Shown one piece after another: positions 57,541 through 64,000 of a stretch of DNA of 64,000 nt (position 1 is the stretch's first letter; every line of letters starts with the position of its first letter). The stretch spans positions 2,112,001-2,176,000 of the forward strand of contig CBDESU010000001.1 in the NCBI GenBank assembly GCA_965242695.1, given 5' to 3'. The translations under genes and the position numbers were made by a program. Source of the DNA: Cenarchaeum sp. GTDB taxonomy: Archaea > Thermoproteota > Nitrososphaeria > Nitrososphaerales > Nitrosopumilaceae. The notes beneath the pieces were generated by a model. That model did not search any database, was not told where the DNA came from, and saw only the letters and a program-made list of their open reading frames with translations.

Positions 57541-57969
57541 ATGTGCCTTGCCCGCCCGTAAAAATCCTGGGAGTCGCGCCTATGCACCGGCCCGCGCCCG
57601 GCGCCGTGCCCGACCCTGTCGTCTTTTCCGATGCGGCACCCTGTGGAGCGGCAGCGGCGGTCGTGCGCGGATGCATGCCGCCCCGCAGGGCTCGGATCGT
57701 AACGCTTGGGGCAGGGCAGGAGGATCCCGAATGTGTAAGGGCGCAGCGGCCGGCGCCGTGCCAGGCCGCGTCTCGGGTGAGCATGCGGGGAAAGAGAGAC
57801 GCCCCAAGTCAGCGCGGCGGCGCGAGTGCACCCCTGCGGCGGCCATTGCATCGGCCATGCAAAGCCGCGCCGCCCGGGGCCTGCCAAGGCGCGCCTGGCC
57901 TGCCATGCGGGGCCGTTCCGGCCCGGCAGAGGCGGCGGGGGGCCGCAGGCTCGGTCTGCGTGCCGGCGG

Positions 57970-58262
57970 CCAGAAGGCCGGCCGGCTGGATCGGCATAGG
58001 CCTCGGCACGGTCGGCAAGCCGAACTGGCGACGCCGCTCGGAAGGTTCAAGGCGTACCGCACGCTTGCTTGCATCGGGATCCTGTGCAAGGGACGGAGGA
58101 TCGGCCTGGGAAAAGTCCCGCCTCTATTCCCAAAAAGGGCGGTCCCATCTTGGGAATCGTCATAATATCATCGCAGGACGGTCGAACGTTTTTAGCCAGT
58201 ATTCGACAAAGTTTGACGGCTACAGACAGATCCTGACCATGAAAAGGGCGGGCCGGGAGTAG
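57970..58262 (+). pseudogene. Frameshifted 3' remnant of an aspartyl protease paralogous to 59309-59917
   Basis: AELATPLGRFK, IGLGKVP and GRSNVFSQYSTKFDGYRQILT lie in different frames. Confidence 0.8.
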
Positions 58263-58865
58263 ACTCCGCCTGCGGGCAGGGGCGGGGGCGGGGGCGCCCT
58301 GGCGGGGTGAGGGGCGGCAGGGGCGGCAGGGGCGGGGGGCAGGGCGACGCCCTCTGGCGCCCGGGCGGGCTCGCGCGGCGCCCCTGCCGGGTCGCCCGCA
58401 GTATCCGCCCCGCGCCGCGCGCCCGGTCGAGAGGGGCGCCGATGCAACCATTCGGCCGGCCGCGGCGCCGCGCGGCATCCGGCCTGCGCAGGCGGCGCCG
58501 GGGCGGAAAAAACTTGGACTCCGGGCAGGATGGCAGGGACGATGGCAGGGAGTCGCCTGGCCGGGCCGGGCCGGGCCGGGCCGACGCGGCGTCCGCAAAA
58601 AGGCCGCCCCTCGCCGTGCATGCGGCAGGGCGCGGAGGAGGCGCCGCTGCAACCCGCCCCTCGGCACTGTCGGGACGCCGCAGGGCTGCATGCGCGCCCC
58701 CGAGCGGGGCGGGGGCCCTGCGGGGCCTGCAAAGTCGGCTGCGCGCACACCCTCTCACTCCACCTTCTTCGGCAGCCTGCCCGCCCCGGCGCCGCACGGG
58801 CAGGGGCGTCCGAACGCGGCCTCCCGCAGGATACTGTCAAATAGGCGGCGCCGCGGCCGCGGCAG

Positions 58866-59306
58866 ATGTACCAGGAAGAGACGGTCTACAACGTGAGGCA
58901 GGCGCCGAACAGCCCGGAGGAAGAGGCCTTTTGGAAGTCGATGACGCTCAAGGACAAGGCCCCGTACAGGGGCGAGTGGATCGCCATACACGAGAGCAGG
59001 ATCGTCGCGCACGGGCCCGGCCTGGACGCGGTGAACAAGGCGGGGCGCCGGGCCGCCGGCAGGTGGCCCATGATCCGCTTCGTGTCGTTCGACAGGGGCG
59101 TCCCAGAGATGGAGTTTTACGAGGAGCTGATGCCGTGCGACCTGGATCCGTACAGGGAAGGGTGGATAGCCATACACGGGCGCAAGATCGTCGCGCACGG
59201 CAAGGACGAGCTGGAGGTGCACAAGGCGGCGCACAAGGCGACGTCGGGCACGGACTCGTTCATGTACTACATTGACAAGCCCGGCATATACTCGGTGATG
59301 GCCTGA
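58866..59306 (+). CDS. Tandem two-domain DUF5678-like protein
   Basis: PYRGEWIAIHESRIVAHG and PYREGWIAIHGRKIVAHGKD internal duplication. Confidence 0.75.
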   Translation: MYQEETVYNVRQAPNSPEEEAFWKSMTLKDKAPYRGEWIAIHESRIVAHGPGLDAVNKAGRRAAGRWPMIRFVSFDRGVPEMEFYEELMPCDLDPYREGWIAIHGRKIVAHGKDELEVHKAAHKATSGTDSFMYYIDKPGIYSVMA

Positions 59307-59308
59307 CA

Positions 59309-59917
59309 ATGGCGCAGGAAGGCAAGCCGTGGGATCGAATGGCGTTCTGCTACGCCGGGGACGCCGAAGTGGACAGCAGGGGCGTACTGCGCACGGTGAT
59401 GCGGCCGAGAATCCCGATCAGAATCACCAACGTCCGTTCGGCAAGGAGGGGCGGATCCGACCGCGGCTACGGGGCCGCCGCCCTGGCGGACTCGGGTGCC
59501 GATGCCACGTTTATCACCAGAAAGGCGGCCGACGCGATTGGCATAGACCTTGATGCGCTGGACAAGGCGGAGCTGGCTACGCCGTTCGGAAGGTTCAAGG
59601 TGCACCGCACGCTTGTGCGCGTCGCGGTCCTGTACAGGGGGCGAAGGGTCGGCCTGGGAAAAGTCCCCGCCTCTATACCCGAAAAGGACATTGTCCAGCT
59701 GGGGAATCGCCCGTACGTCGTCATGGGGCGGTCGAATGTCTTTAATCAGTACTCGGTAAAGTTTGACGACTACAGACAGATACTGACCACGGAAAGAATA
59801 GCTTCAGGACAGGCTCCGCCTGCGGGCGCGGACGCGGCGCAGGCCGTCGGCGCCCTGGCGGGAGGGGGCGGCGCTCTGCCGCGCGGGGAGCGGCCGGCAC
59901 GGCGCGCCGCTGCCTAG
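59309..59917 (+). CDS. Retropepsin-like aspartyl protease
   Basis: RPRIPI, ALADSGADATFI, A.AIG and VMGR..F motifs. Confidence 0.8.
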   Translation: MAQEGKPWDRMAFCYAGDAEVDSRGVLRTVMRPRIPIRITNVRSARRGGSDRGYGAAALADSGADATFITRKAADAIGIDLDALDKAELATPFGRFKVHRTLVRVAVLYRGRRVGLGKVPASIPEKDIVQLGNRPYVVMGRSNVFNQYSVKFDDYRQILTTERIASGQAPPAGADAAQAVGALAGGGGALPRGERPARRAAA

Positions 59918-60351
59918 CGCATCGCCGTCCGGCAGCGCGCAGAGCGGCGCATTCCGCCCGCATGCGGCCCCGCCGAAGCAGGGGCGCCAGCGGCATTCGC
60001 CAAGGGCGCGCGGCGCCTTTCGCGGCGACGGTCGCGGCCCATTTGCGGCCGGGGCGGCATCGGCGCAGGGCGCCGCGGCATTGCCCCCTCCCCTCTTTGC
60101 CGGCAAGTGCCCAACGATTGATATGCGCGCCCCGGCCGGCCGCGGCCGTGTCGGTGCACCGTACCGGGGCCGGCGGCCGCCCCGCCGGGCGGCGCGCGGC
60201 CGGAGATGCGCGCGGCCCAGATGGGCCGGGCGAGGCGCCCGCCGCAGGGGCGCGTGGCGCGTCCCCCCGGCGCAGGCGGGAACGGCCGGCAGGGCCCGAG
60301 CCGTCGTCCCCGAGCAGGGGAGCGCGCAGTCCGGGGAGCCCCGCGGGGAAT

Positions 60352-61224
60352 ATGGAGCTTGACGGCCAGACCGTTCACTTTGCCGACTCCCGCGACATGT
60401 CGTTCATCGAGGACAACTCGGTCGACTTCATCATGACGAGCCCCCCGTACTGGAACCTAAAGGACTACGGCCACAGCGGGCAGATCGGGCAGTGCGGGTA
60501 CGAAGAGTACCTGGAGCAGCTCAACGCGGTATGGGACGAGTGCTACAGGGTCGCAAAGCCGAGCGCCGTGTTTGTCCTCAACGTCGGAAACCGGCGGCAC
60601 GACAGGACGTACCGCCCGATAGGGTTCGACGTGTACGCCAGGATGCAAAGGTGGACCCTGTGGGACACGCTCATATGGTACATACCAAACGCCCTCCCCC
60701 AGCCGGCATCGTACATAGAGCGGCTGTTCGACAACAAGTACGAGTTTTTGCTCATGTTCACAAAGGACGGCGGGCGCAGCGAATACACGTTCCACAAGCC
60801 GCGCGTGCCGAACAAGTACAGGGACGCCGACCCGCGAAGGCACAAGATGAACGAGAGGGGCAGGTGCCTCGGGAACATCGTGCGCATCCCCGCGTACAGG
60901 CCACCCAACGTCAGGTCCATGAACTACCACATCGCCTCGTACCCCGAGGAGCTCGTGTCGCTCATGCTGCATACGATGACGGACGCCGGCGACACGGTCC
61001 TGGACCCCTTCCTCGGGTCGGGCACCACCCTGAAGGTGGCGCGGGCGATGGGGCGGAGGGGGATGGGCGTCGAGATCAACGAAGACTACCGGCCCGTCAT
61101 ACGGGGAAAGATTGCCGAGAAGTTCGCCGTCCCCGACTGGAGGACGGTCGACATAATGCACTCGACGACGATGGAGACGGGCATGGCGGCGCCGAGAAAG
61201 GCCCACCTGCTCAGGGAGGGGTGA
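60352..61224 (+). CDS. DNA amino-methyltransferase (N4-C/N6-A, beta class)
   Basis: TSPPY precedes DPFLGSGTT; H..SYPEEL; GVEIN. Confidence 0.92.
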   Translation: MELDGQTVHFADSRDMSFIEDNSVDFIMTSPPYWNLKDYGHSGQIGQCGYEEYLEQLNAVWDECYRVAKPSAVFVLNVGNRRHDRTYRPIGFDVYARMQRWTLWDTLIWYIPNALPQPASYIERLFDNKYEFLLMFTKDGGRSEYTFHKPRVPNKYRDADPRRHKMNERGRCLGNIVRIPAYRPPNVRSMNYHIASYPEELVSLMLHTMTDAGDTVLDPFLGSGTTLKVARAMGRRGMGVEINEDYRPVIRGKIAEKFAVPDWRTVDIMHSTTMETGMAAPRKAHLLREG

Positions 61225-61759
61225 GCGGCGCGGCCGCCCGAGGGCGGGCGCGCCGGGCTTCCTGCCCGCGCGCGGGATCGCGCCGCCGATCCCCCCCTTC
61301 ATGTCTTTCAGGATCTGGCGGCCGCGCCAGAGCCGCCCTAGATCTTTTGCAATGTCACGGCCGCGCAAGGGGGCAGAGGCCCAATTCGGAATGTGGGCGC
61401 GCCAAGCCTAGGCGGGGGGGGGGATCGCACTGCAAAGAAACACAGTCCGCTGCGCCAAGCGGCCCGGCGGCCGCGACCCTGCGCAGGCCATAGCCATGAA
61501 CACAGGTTTCCGGCCCTTGCACGGGCGTCAATCCGGCGCGATGCAGGAAAAAAAAAGGCCGCGAATACGTGCCCGCTGCTGTGCGGGCATCTGCGGGAAC
61601 GGAATCTTGGCCTCGATCCGATCCGCGGCCTCGCCGGCCGCTCTGCGGCGGTCGTCCCCGAGCCTGCCCGCCGCGGTGCCGCGCCCGCATGCTCGTCGGG
61701 CAGGAATCACTGTAGCCCTTGAGCACCCGTCGCATCTCCCCCGACTCGCCCGCTCCCCT

Positions 61760-61943
61760 CAAGGTGGCTCCAGGGCGCGCGCCCCGTCTCCTTGACGGGC
61801 CGGCAGCTTATCCTGTGCACAGAGTAGAACAGCGCGGCAATCTTCCAGTCGCAGGCATCGTTGGGCCGAGTGGTGCAGAGCCGCTCGCAGAACCGCCGGC
61901 TGCACCCGCTTTGCCCCCGTACCATTCCGACGCGGGGGACGCG
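61760..61943 (-). pseudogene. Possible HEPN-domain remnant
   Basis: RFCERL...DWKIAALFYSVH resembles the DW...FYSALH helix of HEPN proteins; the frame is broken. Confidence 0.4.
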
Positions 61944-62246
61944 TTATTGCACGGCCTCCCTTTCGTAGATGACCTTGCTGTCGGCGAGGATGCCCTCGGG
62001 CAGGTCTGGTCCGTCGTTGATTTCCAGCGGGCTGATCATGCGATCGCGTATCTCTCGTCCAATCTCCCTTCCCCTGTCTCCGATCTCGCGAATGGTCTTG
62101 CTCACCCTGCCAGGATCGTCGTCGTGCACGACCAGGACGGTCACCTCCCGCCCGTCGTCGATGTACCCCACCCTCTTGACATAGTCGAGGCTGCATATCT
62201 TCTCGGCTATGAGCGACTCCAGCATCGATACCTGCAGCGCCGGCAT
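61944..62246 (-). CDS. Small protein, possibly minimal-nucleotidyltransferase-fold (antitoxin-like)
   Basis: VKRVGY...VTVLVVHD...SKVIYER layout; TTATCAA box upstream; no clear catalytic GS/DxD. Confidence 0.5.
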   Translation of the reverse strand: MPALQVSMLESLIAEKICSLDYVKRVGYIDDGREVTVLVVHDDDPGRVSKTIREIGDRGREIGREIRDRMISPLEINDGPDLPEGILADSKVIYEREAVQ

Positions 62247-62457
62247 CGGGCGGCTGGCACGCGTGGACTTGATAAGGCTTCGGGGCCGGGCGCCGCCTTG
62301 CCGTCGGCGCCCCGTTGCGCGGGGCGCGCGGGGCGCGCGGGCCGCGGGCGGGAGGGCAGGGGAGGGCCGGGGAGGGCGGGCCGGAGGCGGCGTGCCCGCG
62401 CCCTCCCGCCGCGCGCGGGGTTGAAGGCCTAAATAGCAACCTGCCGCGCCCGGCCGC

Positions 62458-62880
62458 GTGAGGCCCGACCCCGAGACGTGCTCGCGCCAGCCCGTGTACC
62501 TGGGCGTCGTCAACATCAACGTGCAGGAGCGCACCATAGGCTCGGTCGACGTGTGGCACTGCGGCGCGTGCAAAAAGCGGTTCTGCGAGGAAAAGCAGCT
62601 CGGCATAGAGGCGCTCGCCGAGCAGGTCGGCATGCCAAGGATTGCGCCCGGCGAGAGGTGGGGCGTCGTCGTCTGCCGCCTGCAAAAGGGCAGGGACAGG
62701 TGGCGCCTGGCGCGGCTCGCCGAGTCCGGCCACGTGCCCCACGAGTGCCTTGGGGAGCAACAGGTCCGCCTCCCCGTCAAAGACTATGCCGTCGTCGACG
62801 ACGGAAGCGAGGGCGGGCCGCCCGGCACGCACTGGAGCTTTTTGATCGACGATCACCTGAACAAGGCGGTCGAGATATGA
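62458..62880 (+). CDS. Conserved hypothetical Cys-containing protein
   Basis: CGACKKRFCEEKQLG; CTAAATA box upstream. Confidence 0.75.
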   Translation: MRPDPETCSRQPVYLGVVNINVQERTIGSVDVWHCGACKKRFCEEKQLGIEALAEQVGMPRIAPGERWGVVVCRLQKGRDRWRLARLAESGHVPHECLGEQQVRLPVKDYAVVDDGSEGGPPGTHWSFLIDDHLNKAVEI

Positions 62881-63260
62881 TGGGCGGGGAGGCCGCCTGC
62901 GGAGACGGCGACAACTGCTGCGGCGATGCGCCGGCCAGGATGGGCCTCGATGCCGCCCCGGGAACGGCCGCCGGGATAGGCGCAGTGCGCATATCCGACG
63001 TGCGCGGCACGCAGATGGCGGCCGAGGTCGAGGGCACGTTCGAGGTCGGCGGCGAGCCGCTCGCCTTTACGGCCATTGCGTTCGGGCGCATAGGGGGCCA
63101 GAACATCGGGGCAAGGCTCGGCGCTGACACGGAGGCGCGCCTCAGGGAGATGGGGCGCGACCCCGAAGAGACCGTACTGGCGCTGCAGCAGATGCTGGTG
63201 CGCGGCGACATCGAGATACCAGACGGCGTGACAAGGGAGACGTTCGCCGACCGCCCGTGA
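62877..63260 (+). CDS. Conserved hypothetical protein
   Basis: ATGA overlap with the upstream gene; FTAIAFGRIGGQNIG. Confidence 0.72.
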   Translation: MMGGEAACGDGDNCCGDAPARMGLDAAPGTAAGIGAVRISDVRGTQMAAEVEGTFEVGGEPLAFTAIAFGRIGGQNIGARLGADTEARLREMGRDPEETVLALQQMLVRGDIEIPDGVTRETFADRP

Positions 63261-63264
63261 GCCG

Positions 63265-64000
63265 TCAGAGCTCGGCGTCGGCCAGGGCGTCTGCGCACCC
63301 GCAGCCCCTCGTGTCCGGCACGCTGCCGATCGCCTCGGCCAGCACGGCCCTCGTCTTCTCGACGTTGGCCGACAGGGTGGCGAGCACCTCTTTTGCCGTG
63401 ACGGGGCGGTCGGCCCACACGTCGTAGTCCGTCACGGACGACACGGACGCGTAGCACACCTGCGCCTCGCGCGCGAGCTGGCACTCGGGGACGAGCGTCA
63501 TGCCGATGATGTCGGCGCCGAGGCCGCGGAACATGCGCGACTCGGCGCGCGTCGAAAACCGGGGCCCCTCGATGCACGCGTATGTGCACCCGTCGCGGAT
63601 GCGCGCGCCGGCCCGAGACGCCGCGTCTGCCACCGTCCGGCGCAGCTCGGGGCAGAACGGGTCGGCCACGGATATGTGGACGACGCGGCCGTTCTCGCCG
63701 CCGCCGAACGTGCCCGTACGGGTCCGGGTAAAGTCGATGAACTGGTCGGGGGATGCGAGGTCGCCCGGCTCTATCTCCTCGCGCAGGCTGCCGACGGCCG
63801 ACGGGGACAGTATGCGGGTGACGCCGAGGCTCTTCATGGCCCACACGTTGGCCCTGTAGTTTATCATGTGCGGGGCGATCGTGTGCCCCCGGCCGTGGCG
63901 CGGCATGAACGCGACGCGCCGGCCGTTGTACGAGCCGACCGTGATGGAGTCGGACGGCCTGCCGTACGGCGTGTCGACGTCGACCTGCTCGGCATCCTCG
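63265..64000 (-). CDS. mtnP: S-methyl-5'-thioadenosine phosphorylase (5' end outside the window)
   Basis: [36 protein letters not shown] and VTDYD motifs. Confidence 0.94.
   Translation of the reverse strand, partial: EDAEQVDVDTPYGRPSDSITVGSYNGRRVAFMPRHGRGHTIAPHMINYRANVWAMKSLGVTRILSPSAVGSLREEIEPGDLASPDQFIDFTRTRTGTFGGGENGRVVHISVADPFCPELRRTVADAASRAGARIRDGCTYACIEGPRFSTRAESRMFRGLGADIIGMTLVPECQLAREAQVCYASVSSVTDYDVWADRPVTAKEVLATLSANVEKTRAVLAEAIGSVPDTRGCGCADALADAEL

Noticed and set aside
39500-62300. Integrated provirus or plasmid bounded by att sites
   Set aside because: No capsid, packaging, replication or conjugation genes, no tRNA target and no flanking direct repeats were recognised.

Overview
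High-GC archaeal DNA. The gene families point to Nitrososphaerota (Thaumarchaeota, Nitrosopumilaceae-like). High GC, TPR expansion and many low-complexity protein tails suggest a host-associated, possibly sponge-symbiont lineage (inference). About 1-37 kb is mostly core genes: cytochrome b/Rieske, S8 protease, TFE-beta/C34-like factor, rlmE, trm1, rnhB, fibrillarin/Nop5, aIF-2beta, three tandem TPR genes, and the aIF-1A/RIO1/KH/top6B/top6A cluster. About 37-62 kb is accessory. Its standout feature is a tyrosine recombinase (43933-45513, -) divergent from two convergent, paralogous ~1,650-1,700 aa S-layer-type genes. These genes share an identical 77-bp 5' block that starts at a recombination-site-like imperfect palindrome, an ATGGTATC box at identical spacing, and an identical ~494-bp 3' block. 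Only the recombinase-proximal copy has AT-rich promoter-like DNA upstream. The layout suggests a 10.5-kb invertible S-layer switch (phase/antigenic variation) in an archaeon. Other notable items are a DUF3800-like gene between two copies of a probable structured ncRNA, a 2x2 combinatorial four-gene array, a HEPN-like/TPR fusion with seven near-identical 102-bp repeats, a DUF5678-like/aspartyl-protease pair, duplicated basic micro-ORFs and several decayed toxin genes. No tRNA, rRNA or CRISPR array was recognised. All family calls come from motif recognition by eye, not database searches.
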